From Promethearchaeota archaeon (GTDB taxonomy: Archaea; Asgardarchaeota; Lokiarchaeia; Sigyniarchaeales; SOKP01), in NCBI GenBank assembly GCA_019057865.1, contig JAHLWP010000031.1, positions 1 through 54,186 of the forward strand: a stretch of DNA of 54,186 bases, written 5' to 3'. The translations under genes were made by a program, and so were the position numbers. The first letter of the stretch is position 1. The number at the start of each line of letters is the position of its first letter. This document shows positions 11,170 through 21,411 of this stretch, in pieces. The notes beneath the pieces are model-generated. The model had not been told where the DNA came from. It saw nothing but the letters and a program-made list of their open reading frames with translations, and made no database searches.

Positions 11170-11670
11170 ATGAAATCGCAAATGAATTTAAAATGGAATG
11201 ATCTAGTATCTCCAACAATGACTCCAGATGAATACTTAAAAACTTATGGAGACAAGGTTGCTAATAACTATAAGGCTTATGAACCAAATTCAGCTATACT
11301 TGAAAAGATAAAAAGTTATTTAAAGAATAAAAACGAAAAATTAAAAATCGTTGCTTTGGGTGCTGATTGGTGCCCAGATTGCTCTAGAAATGTACCTCGG
11401 ATGATAAAAATAGTAAAATTGATGAAAAGTAAAGATATTAGCTTACATATCCTATATGGAATAATGGTAAATGCTTTACATAAGCCAGGAGAGACAATAT
11501 GGCATAAAAAGCGATCTCCTCCAGAAGCAGTTGATCCAAAATTTGAATTAAAAGCTATTCCTACGTTTTATTTCTTCAATGCTAATGGTGAATTCCTTGA
11601 TGTTATCGTAGAGCATCCAAAAGCAACAATTGAAGAAGACACTCTCAAAATCTTAGAAAAAAATATGTAA
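11170..11670 (+). CDS. Thioredoxin-family protein
   Basis: WCPDC motif and IPTFYF cis-Pro loop. Confidence 0.88.
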   Translation: MKSQMNLKWNDLVSPTMTPDEYLKTYGDKVANNYKAYEPNSAILEKIKSYLKNKNEKLKIVALGADWCPDCSRNVPRMIKIVKLMKSKDISLHILYGIMVNALHKPGETIWHKKRSPPEAVDPKFELKAIPTFYFFNANGEFLDVIVEHPKATIEEDTLKILEKNM

Positions 11671-11748
11671 AAAGTCTTATTAATTTATAGGATTTTAGGA
11701 ATTTTTTTTTAAATCCTTCTTTTTCCAACTTTATTAACATTTAAATTT

Positions 11749-13815
11749 TTGTTTATGTATAATAATTTTATGTCAAAATTAAAAGTAAAAAAAGTTATAA
11801 TTTTCAAGCATGGTGTTTCTTATTATATTCTCGAAGGGATAATAAAAGGAACAGATTCGTTCGAACTTGAATTTAAAGTTGATGAGATGAATGATGTACT
11901 AAAATCTCTTTTTGTATTAGACACTAGTGAAAAAGGATATATATCCTCAATTTCTTATGATGCTGCTTTGGAGACTTTACAGTTATTAAAATCAATCATG
12001 TTAAACATTCCTGATAAAGATTCGTTTTCTTCACTTATAACACAAATTAAAGGTGCTAAAGTTAATTTAACAATTGGAGGGGGCAATCAAACTTCAGGAA
12101 CGATAATGGGCATTGAAGAAATTGAAAAATTTATTAAAGAAGAAAAAATAATCGAGAAATTATTGATAATATTACAAGATGATGATCTTATTACCAAAAT
12201 TCCCTTTTCAGAGATTAAGTCCTTCAATATATTAAATGAAGACATTAAAAAAGATTTAAAATTTTTTCTTGACACTATTATTGCTGGAAAGAAGAAAGAT
12301 GCTAAAAAGATAAAAATTAATTGTGAGTCAGGTGGAGTAGATAATATTGAAAGAAGTATTTTTGTATCTTATATACGAGAAAGCCCTATCTGGAAAACAT
12401 CTTATCGATTAATAATGAGCAAACAACAGGCATTAGAACAGAAGTGTCTACTTTCTGGTTGGAGTCTTATTGAAAATACAACAAATCAAGATTGGGAAGA
12501 TATTGAATTATCTTTAGTGGCAGGAATGCCTGTGTCTTTTAAATACGATTTCTACAGACCGATTTTTATTCAACGCCCTGTTATTCAACCACCAAAAGTT
12601 TTGAGTGCTAGACCAACTGAAATAGAGGAGGGTTTAGAAATGGAAAGATTTGAAGAATATACTATGGCGGAAGCAGCACCTAAACTTAAAGCTATGAAGA
12701 GGCGTGCAAGAATGGCAGTTGCTCCATCTGCACCACCAGCAGGAGCAGCTGGCGGATTTGGTGTTACAGGAGCTACAATATCCGATGATGCATTAATGGA
12801 TAAGGTTAAATCTCAGACGAAAACTCAAACTAAAGATTTAGGAGAGCTTTTTGAGTATAATATTTCAAATCCTGTTTCCATTAAAAGGAAACAGTCCGCT
12901 TTAGTTCCAATTTTAACCAAAGCAATCAAAGCTAAGCGAATATTGCTGTATAATAAAAATGAACATAATAAAAATCCTAATGCATGTCTTGAAATAACAA
13001 ATAATACAAATTTAATACTAGAAAGAGGACCTGCTACATTAATCTATGATGATAATCTTGCAGGAGAAGCTATTATCCCCTTTTTGAATAAAGAAGATAC
13101 AAGACTTTTAAATTATGCTGTTGAACAAGCTGTAATTATAATACATGAACAAAAATCTGAAAATTTAAGTGTCCATAAAGTAACATTTGGGAGTGGCTAT
13201 TCCTATGAATACTATTATACTAATTTAATGACTGAATATAAAATTAATAACAAGACCACTGAAGAAAAAGAACTTTATCTTGATCATCCTAAAACCGCTG
13301 GTTACAAATTTGTAGAAAAACCTGTTGATCCAGAAGAAACACAGAATTATTGGCGCTTTAAAATAACTTTAAAACCTAAAGATGCGATTATCTTTAAACT
13401 TAAAGAACGAAAAGAAAATTACTCAAGCAATTACTTATGGAATTGGTCCAAGGAAGATATTATTAAAAGAGTTGGCTTTTATGTTAAACATAAATTCATT
13501 GATCCAAAACTCGAACAACAATTAAAAGAAATTGCAGAATTAATTCAGACTTCAAATGATTTAAAAAACAAAAGAGAAAAATTACATGAAGAACGAGATG
13601 TAATGACTAGTGAACAAGAAAGGCTGAGAGAAAACATTGCTGTTTTAGGGACCGATAGTCAATCAATTACATTAAAAGAAAGATATATAAAGAAATTAAA
13701 TGATCAAGAAAGTAGATTCGAAGAAATTAGTAAAGAGCTTAAGACATTAGAAAAAAAAATAGTGATTATTAATAAGGAAATTGAAGAAAAAATGCAAAAC
13801 CTTTCTCCTCCTTAA
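11749..13815 (+). CDS. DUF4139/DUF4140-like protein with C-terminal coiled coil
   Basis: VIIFKHGVSY, MNDVLKSL, PIWKTSYRL, ENTTNQDWEDIELSLVAG and GELFEY patterns. Confidence 0.75.
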   Translation: MFMYNNFMSKLKVKKVIIFKHGVSYYILEGIIKGTDSFELEFKVDEMNDVLKSLFVLDTSEKGYISSISYDAALETLQLLKSIMLNIPDKDSFSSLITQIKGAKVNLTIGGGNQTSGTIMGIEEIEKFIKEEKIIEKLLIILQDDDLITKIPFSEIKSFNILNEDIKKDLKFFLDTIIAGKKKDAKKIKINCESGGVDNIERSIFVSYIRESPIWKTSYRLIMSKQQALEQKCLLSGWSLIENTTNQDWEDIELSLVAGMPVSFKYDFYRPIFIQRPVIQPPKVLSARPTEIEEGLEMERFEEYTMAEAAPKLKAMKRRARMAVAPSAPPAGAAGGFGVTGATISDDALMDKVKSQTKTQTKDLGELFEYNISNPVSIKRKQSALVPILTKAIKAKRILLYNKNEHNKNPNACLEITNNTNLILERGPATLIYDDNLAGEAIIPFLNKEDTRLLNYAVEQAVIIIHEQKSENLSVHKVTFGSGYSYEYYYTNLMTEYKINNKTTEEKELYLDHPKTAGYKFVEKPVDPEETQNYWRFKITLKPKDAIIFKLKERKENYSSNYLWNWSKEDIIKRVGFYVKHKFIDPKLEQQLKEIAELIQTSNDLKNKREKLHEERDVMTSEQERLRENIAVLGTDSQSITLKERYIKKLNDQESRFEEISKELKTLEKKIVIINKEIEEKMQNLSPP

Positions 13816-13858
13816 AGCTTATAATAAATTATTAATTTCTTTTTTATTTTTTTAAACG

Positions 13859-14563
13859 ATGATATTTAAATTAGCACTCCAAGGATTTAGAAGTCTAATG
13901 TATCGAAGTGGCAGAGTTTATAACTTCTTATCAAACAAAATATATGATGTCAGGAGGAAATATTTATCCATTTCAAAATTAATCGGTAAAAACAAGCATA
14001 TATTGGACCTAGCCTGTGGAACTGGCTTTCTTACTAGATTTTTACATCCGTCAAACATTTATGAAGGTTGGGATATTAACAGTAGATTCTTAAATAAATT
14101 GAAGAAGGATTGGATGAGAGGAAAATCTAAAATCAAATATATTAGTGTTAAACAAAAAAACATTCTTGATTTTCATAACTATGCGAAAGAAAAGGTAGAT
14201 GTTATTGTTTTATGTGATATATTACATCATATTAATCCTTCGCATTTTACTTTAGTGGAAAATGCCAAAATACATGCGAGAAAAGTAATAGTTTGCGAAC
14301 CTATTGCCGTAAAACCAAAAGATATCAAAGCATACACTCGATTCATTAGAATATTCCTGAAAATTGGTAAATTTTTTCCCGAAAAGCTATACAAATTGAT
14401 AGATTTTCTATTTCTTGATAATGACGGAGTTAATACTTATAAAAAACGATTAACATGGGATCACAATAACAAAAGTATTAAGAGTCTATATAAAAAAATG
14501 GGATTTGAAAAGATTTATGAGATTAAGGATAATTATATAGGAGTTTGGGATTCCAATAACTAA
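13859..14563 (+). CDS. Class I SAM-dependent methyltransferase
   Basis: ILDLACGTG motif I; DILHHI. Confidence 0.88.
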   Translation: MIFKLALQGFRSLMYRSGRVYNFLSNKIYDVRRKYLSISKLIGKNKHILDLACGTGFLTRFLHPSNIYEGWDINSRFLNKLKKDWMRGKSKIKYISVKQKNILDFHNYAKEKVDVIVLCDILHHINPSHFTLVENAKIHARKVIVCEPIAVKPKDIKAYTRFIRIFLKIGKFFPEKLYKLIDFLFLDNDGVNTYKKRLTWDHNNKSIKSLYKKMGFEKIYEIKDNYIGVWDSNN

Positions 14564-14683
14564 CCTTCTTTATCTTTTTAACATTCTTTTTATTAATATA
14601 AAAATTAATTTTTGATAATTTACTAGAAATATTCAATGAAAAGAAAAATTTTACAAATAAATTTTATCTGAAATTAAAATATA

Positions 14684-15520
14684 TTGGAGTTTATTTCCAA
14701 CTTGAAAATTACACTCAGCCTTTGGGATATTGCTGGACAAGAACGATTTGATTTCTTTAAAACTGATTTCTATAAGGGTGTTGCTGCCATAGGATTAGTT
14801 TTCGACTTAAGTCGTCCTGATACTTTTGATGATATTGATGTATATTTTAATGACATAAGGAATAGATCAGGAAACGTCCCAATTATCTTAGTTGGAAATA
14901 AGAATGACTTGAAAAAGGATTTAGGCGAAACTATACCTCGCAAAAGAATAATACAAAAAGTAAACCAGCATCATTTATTTGAATATATTGAAACTTCAGC
15001 ATTAGAAAATGAAAATGTAGATAATTTGTTTAATCGACTAGCTATTATTGCTTTATTAGATCTTCAGCCTAGATTAGGAGAAGTAGTCGATATAAATCAT
15101 TTTAGATTTAAAATATTGCTTGTGGGGAGCGCTGCAGTTGGTAAATCATCATTAATTAAAACCTTTATTGGGAAGAAATTTGAAACAAGCTATAAATTAA
15201 CTGTTGGTTTAGATTTTATGACTCGAGATTTTGAAATACCCGATGAAGATTTGCCAAAGGAGGTTCATGATGTAATTAAAAAGGCTGTTAAAACTTTCAG
15301 AAAGAAATTTAAAAGGCTCTATAAAAAAGAAGAAGTTCCAAAAATAAGTCCAATTAGAAAAAAAACACCAACTAAAAAAATTTTAATTGAAACGGCTCCA
15401 GATCAAGAAAATGATAAAATCAAAAAGAGAACACATTTATATAGAAAGTTTTTCCTTCTTTCTTTAACAATTGTAATAATTGCATTAATAATAATCAGTT
15501 TCTTCTTCCTTTTCCGTTAA
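14684..15520 (+). CDS. Circularly permuted Rab-like GTPase with C-terminal transmembrane anchor
   Basis: Motif order is WDIAGQE (G3), NKND (G4), ETSAL (G5), then GSAAVGKSS (G1) and TVGLDF (G2). C-terminus is FFLLSLTIVIIALIIISFFFLFR. The start may be the TTG at 14702, after GGAG. Confidence 0.88.
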   Translation: MEFISNLKITLSLWDIAGQERFDFFKTDFYKGVAAIGLVFDLSRPDTFDDIDVYFNDIRNRSGNVPIILVGNKNDLKKDLGETIPRKRIIQKVNQHHLFEYIETSALENENVDNLFNRLAIIALLDLQPRLGEVVDINHFRFKILLVGSAAVGKSSLIKTFIGKKFETSYKLTVGLDFMTRDFEIPDEDLPKEVHDVIKKAVKTFRKKFKRLYKKEEVPKISPIRKKTPTKKILIETAPDQENDKIKKRTHLYRKFFLLSLTIVIIALIIISFFFLFR

Positions 15521-15651
15521 TCAATTTAACACATTAATAGTTCATCTGATTCTGAATAATTAAATATACTTAATTTATATAATTCAAATTTTTATAGCAA
15601 AAAAAATAAATCATATTTTCTTTTTTATCTTAACATTTTTTGGTGTGAAAT

Positions 15652-15864
15652 ATGAGTATTGAAGAACTTGAAGACCAAGTTGAAAAATTATTAGAGGAAA
15701 GAGACAAATTAGAGGAAATATGCGACACTCTTCCCAAGTGTGAGGAAAATGATGCTTGCGAGACTTGTGAGACATATAGGAAAATTGCAGAAATTGATGA
15801 GAAAGTAGAAGAGTTAGAAGATAAAATCGAAGAATTATTGGGAGGAGAAGAGGAAGAAGAGTAA
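15652..15864 (+). CDS. Small acidic coiled-coil protein with a central four-Cys cluster
   Basis: GGTG RBS upstream; heptad arms flank CDTLPKCEENDACETC. Confidence 0.8.
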   Translation: MSIEELEDQVEKLLEERDKLEEICDTLPKCEENDACETCETYRKIAEIDEKVEELEDKIEELLGGEEEEE

Positions 15865-16058
15865 AAATTTAATAGCTAAATAAAAAATCTTACATTTTAT
15901 TTTATTTTATTTATATTTATTCATCTATTATACTTTAATTTTTAATTCTCTCCTTTTTACAGAAATTTGAGAATGCAAAACTAAAACTATTTTAATTGAT
16001 TAAAAGAAATTAATACAAAAAATAAACTATCAAAATTAAATATTAAAATAAAAAAAAA

Positions 16059-17378
16059 GTGAATATAATAATGCGAAAACCTTCTAAATTTAGAGTACAA
16101 GCCATTAATGATGAAATTTTAGCCAAGTTAAGTTTGAAAAATAGATATAATTTCATAAATAGTAATTTAATGTCTATTTTAACGCAAGAAGAGTTTAATT
16201 TCTTGAAGAAGGTTCAGAAATTTTGCTTAAAGTTTGAAAAAGATAATAAGATCACTCATGGACCTGAAGAAGATATATATGATTGGATTCCTATATTTGG
16301 AGCAGAAGGTTATATTACTCGTCAACATGCTTTTGAATGCATTGATTTAAATTATGAAGAATATGGATTTACTGCTGATTTTTTAAGAATTCTCGCACTG
16401 GACATATTTGATCCACAATTTGCTATGAGTGGTGGAGCCACAGTAATTTGTATTAATCCAATTTATGAACATCATGAAAATATGCCGATTAGATTGGATG
16501 CATTGAAACAATTAGTTACTGGTAAAACACCTGGATGTTTATTGATTACAGAACCTGAAAGGGGATCTGATGCGGTCCATATGTTAACTACTTGCGAGGA
16601 ACAAGATGATGGTAGTTTCATTTTAAATGGAGAAAAAATTTACAATACTAATGCACCAAAAGCAAAATGGGCTGTAGCATATGCCACTGCAGAAAAAAAT
16701 AATGGAAATACGATGGCTCAATTCTTAATTAATACAGAATGGGATGGTTGGCATTGCGAGAGAGTTGGGATCCCCTGGGTTCCTAAATTATATTTAGGAA
16801 AAGAGCATCTTGAAAATCTACGTGTTCCGAAAGAATATGTTCTTGGGGGAGTTGGAAAAGGAAGAGAATATCTTTTCGAAGGCTTAGTACCTGAAAGAGT
16901 TGCAATTGCCATGAGAGGTATAAGTGAATGTTGGGGTGCTTTATCACATGCATTTATCTATTCGAATTTAAGAAAACAATTTGACCAAGAAATACTTAAA
17001 TTTCAAGGAGTTGGCTTTCTTTTAACAGATCTATGGGCTAAAACCACAAATTTAACTTTAGCTATGCTTAAGTATTGTGAAGTGTATGATGAAAAAATGA
17101 AAAAATATGGAGGAGAATTACCCCAAACCATTTCTCAATCAATGGTGGCAAATGCATCTCAATTTAAATATCAAGCAGCATTGTTATCTAAAAAAGTTTG
17201 TTATGAATGTGCTAATTTAATGGGTGGAGCTGGTCTTTGCGATAATACATTAATGCACGATTACTTAAATATCTCTAGAATTCAAGAAATTATTGGTGGT
17301 TCAAGGCAAATTCAGCAGTACATCATGTCGATTAATTTAAGAAGAATGTTCCGATCACTTGAAACTTTTGAATCTTAA
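16059..17378 (+). CDS. Acyl-CoA dehydrogenase (paralog 1)
   Basis: ITEPERGSDA, LNGEKIYNTN, RKQFDQEI and MGGAG motifs. Confidence 0.95.
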   Translation: MNIIMRKPSKFRVQAINDEILAKLSLKNRYNFINSNLMSILTQEEFNFLKKVQKFCLKFEKDNKITHGPEEDIYDWIPIFGAEGYITRQHAFECIDLNYEEYGFTADFLRILALDIFDPQFAMSGGATVICINPIYEHHENMPIRLDALKQLVTGKTPGCLLITEPERGSDAVHMLTTCEEQDDGSFILNGEKIYNTNAPKAKWAVAYATAEKNNGNTMAQFLINTEWDGWHCERVGIPWVPKLYLGKEHLENLRVPKEYVLGGVGKGREYLFEGLVPERVAIAMRGISECWGALSHAFIYSNLRKQFDQEILKFQGVGFLLTDLWAKTTNLTLAMLKYCEVYDEKMKKYGGELPQTISQSMVANASQFKYQAALLSKKVCYECANLMGGAGLCDNTLMHDYLNISRIQEIIGGSRQIQQYIMSINLRRMFRSLETFES

Positions 17379-17590
17379 AATTTGTGCTTGTTTTCTACTT
17401 AACTTCTTACAATAATAGTATAAAAATAGAAAGTAATTTTAATTTAAGATTAATATTTACACTGAAAAAAGAAATTATTTAAAGAAAACCAACTAAATTT
17501 ATTTTATCTAAAGTAATAAATAACATAATTATCCTCTTTTATCAAATAAATTTTAAATCAAATGAATAATCAAAAAAATGTGTTTTAAAA

Positions 17591-18886
17591 ATGTCTAATA
17601 GGAAATTTGAAGTTCAAGCTATAAGTGATGAAATTCTTGAGAAATTAAGCCTTAAAAATAGATACTCATTCATATATACAAATTTAATGGGAATTCTCTC
17701 TGCTGAAGAATTGGCTTTTTTCAAAGAAGTGCAGAAGTTTTGCCTTAATTATGAAAAGAAACATAATATTACTCATGGACCAAATGAAGATATTTATAAG
17801 TGGATTCCCGATTTTGGAAAAGAAGGTTATATTTGTAGAGTTCATAAGTTTGAAGAACTAGATCTTAATTATGAACCTCATGGTTTAATGGCTGAATTTC
17901 TTAAGACACTTGCTATTGATAATTTTGATCCTCAATTCACAATGGGAGCCGGAGCTACAATATTAGCTATTAATCCTATTCAAGCTCATCATGAAAAAAT
18001 ACCAGAGAGATTAGATGCACTAAAAGATTTGGTTTTAGGTCATGCTCCAGGATGCATATGCATAACAGAACCCGAAAGAGGTTCAGATGCAGTTCATATG
18101 TTAACTACCTGCGATGAACAAGATGATGGTAGTTTCTTATTAAATGGGACAAAAATCTTTAATACTAACGCTCCAAAAGCTAAATGGGCGGTAGTCTATG
18201 CGACTGCAGAAAAAAATAACGGGAATACTATGGCTCAGTTTTTAGTCAATACGTCATGGGATGGTTGGAATTGTGAAAGAGTCAATATTCCGTGGGTTCC
18301 TAAAGTTTACTTAGGCAAGGAGACGCTTGTTAATCTCAGAGTGCCAAAAGAATATATTCTGGGTCCGGTAGGAAAAGGCCGTGAGCATCTTTTCGAGGGT
18401 CTAGTTCCTGAACGAATAGGTATAGCAATTAAAAGTTTGTGTGAATGTTGGGGTGCAATAACTCATGCTATTATTTATGCTAATATGAGAAAGCAATTTG
18501 ACCAGGAAATTCTAAAATTTCAAGGTGTAGGATTCCTTTTAACAGATTTCTGGGCAAAAATAACAAATTTAACACGTGCTATCGTGCAATTCTGCAATTT
18601 TTATGATAATTTGGTCGAAAAATTTGGCAGTGATGCGAATATTCCTAGAAATCTACGTCAAGGGATGGTTGCCAATGCTTCACAGTTAAAATATCAGGCA
18701 ACTGGTCTTTCAGAAAAAGTTTGTTATGAAGCAGGAAATCTTATGGGAGGAGCAGGTCTATGTGATAATACCTTAATGCATGATTACATAAATATGTCAA
18801 GAATAGGTGAAATTGTAGGAGGATCCAGACAGATTCAGCAATATATTATGAGCATGTCCCTACGACAACTTTTCAAGATACTCTAA
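17591..18886 (+). CDS. Acyl-CoA dehydrogenase (paralog 2)
   Basis: Same motif set as paralog 1. Confidence 0.95.
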   Translation: MSNRKFEVQAISDEILEKLSLKNRYSFIYTNLMGILSAEELAFFKEVQKFCLNYEKKHNITHGPNEDIYKWIPDFGKEGYICRVHKFEELDLNYEPHGLMAEFLKTLAIDNFDPQFTMGAGATILAINPIQAHHEKIPERLDALKDLVLGHAPGCICITEPERGSDAVHMLTTCDEQDDGSFLLNGTKIFNTNAPKAKWAVVYATAEKNNGNTMAQFLVNTSWDGWNCERVNIPWVPKVYLGKETLVNLRVPKEYILGPVGKGREHLFEGLVPERIGIAIKSLCECWGAITHAIIYANMRKQFDQEILKFQGVGFLLTDFWAKITNLTRAIVQFCNFYDNLVEKFGSDANIPRNLRQGMVANASQLKYQATGLSEKVCYEAGNLMGGAGLCDNTLMHDYINMSRIGEIVGGSRQIQQYIMSMSLRQLFKIL

Positions 18887-19085
18887 AATAGTAAGAGAAA
18901 CTAGATGTTTATTAATTAAAATCATACTTTTTTTCCTTTTTTTTCCAGCGTGCATTCTCGTTTTTTACTTAAGATTTAAGTTCTTTTCTTTTATTTAGAA
19001 AAAAAGTTTTAAAATATATTCATATTCTACTAGGTAATTAATTTAAATTTGATAATAAAATATTAATCTAATTGGGTAAATAAGA

Positions 19086-20381
19086 ATGGAAAACAGAAAA
19101 TTTAAAGTTCAAGCGATAAATGACGAAATTTTAGCTAAATTAAGCCTTAAAAATCGATATGCGTTCTTGAATAATAATTTAACTCCTATATTATCACAAA
19201 AAGAATTCAACTTTTTACGAGAGGTTGAGAGATTTTGTTTACGCTTTGAAAAGAAAAACAATATCATCCATGGTCCTGATGAAGATGTTTATGATTGGAT
19301 CCCTGCTTTTGGGGAACAAGGATATATAACTCGTCAACATTCATTTGATATGGTCGATGTAATTTATGAAAATTGGGGTTTAGCAGCAGATTTAATGAGA
19401 TACCTCGCGATTGATATGTTTGATACGCAATTTGCTATGGGTAGCGGAGCAACTGTTTTAGCTATTAATCCGATATATGACCACCATGAAGGTGTCCCTG
19501 AGAGATTAGAAGCTTTGAAAGATTTAGTTACAGGCAAATCTCCTGGGGCAATTCTAATAACAGAGCCTGAAAGAGGTTCAGATGCTGTTCATATGTTAAC
19601 AACTTGCGATGAACAAGATGATGGTAGCTTCATCTTGAATGGAGAAAAGATTTTCAGTACCAATGCTCCCAAATCCAAATGGGCTGTAGCCTATGCAACT
19701 GCCGAGAAAAACAATGGAAATTTGATGGCTCAATTCTTAATTAACACAAATTGGGATGGATGGCATTGCGAACGGGTTGGGATCCCCTGGGTACCAAAAT
19801 TATATCTAGGTAAAGAGCAATTTCAAAATCTCAGGGTGCCAAAAGAATATATTCTGGGTCCAGTAGGAAAGGGTCGCGAGCATCTTTTCGAGGGATTAGT
19901 TCCTGAAAGAATTGCTATTGCGATGATGAGTGTAGCAGAGTGTTGGGGTGCAATAACTCATGCTATTATTTATGCTAATAATAGGAAACAATTTGACCAG
20001 GAAATTCTAAAATTCCAAGGTGTAGGATTCTTACTAGCTGATCTGTGGGCAAAAACAACTAATATAACAATTGGACTTCTTAAATTTGGTGAAGCCTATG
20101 ATGAGAAAGTAGAGAAATTTAGTGGAAAAATTCCAAAAAATATATCTCAGGCAATGGTAGCAAGTGCCTCTCAATTTAAATACCAAGCAACAGCACTTTC
20201 AAAAGAAGTTTGCTATGAGGCAGCAAATCTAATGGGTGGAGCAGGACTTTGTGACAATACTTTAATGTATGATTATTTGAATATTTCAAGAATACAAGAG
20301 ATTGTGGGAGGATCCAGACAGATTCAGCAATATATCATGAGTTTAGCTTTAAGACAATTATACAAGATGTCAGTAAGCTAA
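19086..20381 (+). CDS. Acyl-CoA dehydrogenase (paralog 3)
   Basis: Same motif set as paralog 1. Confidence 0.95.
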   Translation: MENRKFKVQAINDEILAKLSLKNRYAFLNNNLTPILSQKEFNFLREVERFCLRFEKKNNIIHGPDEDVYDWIPAFGEQGYITRQHSFDMVDVIYENWGLAADLMRYLAIDMFDTQFAMGSGATVLAINPIYDHHEGVPERLEALKDLVTGKSPGAILITEPERGSDAVHMLTTCDEQDDGSFILNGEKIFSTNAPKSKWAVAYATAEKNNGNLMAQFLINTNWDGWHCERVGIPWVPKLYLGKEQFQNLRVPKEYILGPVGKGREHLFEGLVPERIAIAMMSVAECWGAITHAIIYANNRKQFDQEILKFQGVGFLLADLWAKTTNITIGLLKFGEAYDEKVEKFSGKIPKNISQAMVASASQFKYQATALSKEVCYEAANLMGGAGLCDNTLMYDYLNISRIQEIVGGSRQIQQYIMSLALRQLYKMSVS

Positions 20382-20445
20382 TTTGGGCTAATATTCTTAA
20401 AGATCTCTTATTTTTTTTTTAATTTTTGCTAAATACTGCGTTTAA

Positions 20446-20634
20446 TTATATTTGGTTTAATTTTTTTTCTAAAAGTAAGTTTACAGTAACATATTTGGAA
20501 AGAATACCTTTTTTGAAATTTTCTTTTTCTTTTTCCAAGCAATCCTGACAAATAGCAATTTTTAACTCGTTTTTAAACTCATTTTCACATTCTAAACAAA
20601 TATAAATCATATCGCTTTCCATTATTTCATACAC
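20446..20634 (-). CDS. Small zinc-ribbon protein
   Basis: CLEC...CQDC; start position uncertain. Confidence 0.7.
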   Translation of the reverse strand: MYEIMESDMIYICLECENEFKNELKIAICQDCLEKEKENFKKGILSKYVTVNLLLEKKLNQI

Positions 20635-20893
20635 GACGTATTGGAATATTAGAGTTGAATCATGGGAGTATCATCGAAGATACAATATAAACCTTCAGAC
20701 TGAATAAAATTTCTCATTTTAACTTTTGATTTTAAAATATCCCTATCTTATCACCCAGATATTACTTCTCTTTAAAAATCAAAGAAAAAGATTAGATTTT
20801 AAAATGAATTAGTAATTTGGATGTCTCTATTTTTTAAAAAGTCAAATTGGTCCTTTTTTCTATTTAAATACCTCGAAAATATGTGATATTATT

Positions 20894-21061
20894 ATGATTA
20901 GTGATATAATAACTAAATCAAAATTACTTTTATTAAATTGTCCATTCTATGAAAAATGTATTCTGCCAAAAATTCAACTTCTATGTAAAATTCCAGAATG
21001 TAAGAATTGTCCAGATTATCAGACAAAATTAAAAAAACTCAAACCTAGAGTCATTTATTGA
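20894..21061 (+). CDS. Small Cys-rich protein (55 aa, absent from the ORF track)
   Basis: Manual translation gives MISDIITKSKLLLLNCPFYEKCILPKIQLLCKIPECKNCPDYQTKLKKLKPRVIY*. GTGA RBS-like motif at 20883. Confidence 0.6.
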   Translation: MISDIITKSKLLLLNCPFYEKCILPKIQLLCKIPECKNCPDYQTKLKKLKPRVIY

Positions 21062-21142
21062 CGTTTTTATTATATCCTCTTATTTATTTTTTTTAAAAAG
21101 ATTTGAATTCTTTAAGCTTTTAATTTTTATTCAATAATAATT

Positions 21143-21361
21143 TCAAAAATACAATCTGCACCTAATACTAAAAAGATCTTCTTCATGAATTGAGTAAATA
21201 TTTTTGCCAGTTTCTTTCCTAAAATGGAATTTCTGTGAAGGTATTTCTTCTGTAACTCTAAAAAATATTCTATTATCTTTAATCCAAATTTTATCTACCA
21301 TAAAATGTAGACCATCTTGAAGACTATTACTATAAACTTGAAAGCACGACACTTTTTCCAT
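21143..21361 (-). CDS. Small hypothetical protein
   Basis: 72-aa ATG-started ORF directly downstream of the acylase gene on the same strand. Confidence 0.6.
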   Translation of the reverse strand: MEKVSCFQVYSNSLQDGLHFMVDKIWIKDNRIFFRVTEEIPSQKFHFRKETGKNIYSIHEEDLFSIRCRLYF

Positions 21362-21411
21362 TTTTATATTCTAATTCTTTATCTAAACAAAAGAATTTAA
21401 ACTCAGTTAAT

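Noticed and set aside
20723-20784. Imperfect inverted repeat cttttgattttaaa / tttaaaaatcaaag
   Set aside because: Almost all A/T in AT-rich intergenic DNA, with no target-site duplication or transposase; may be chance.
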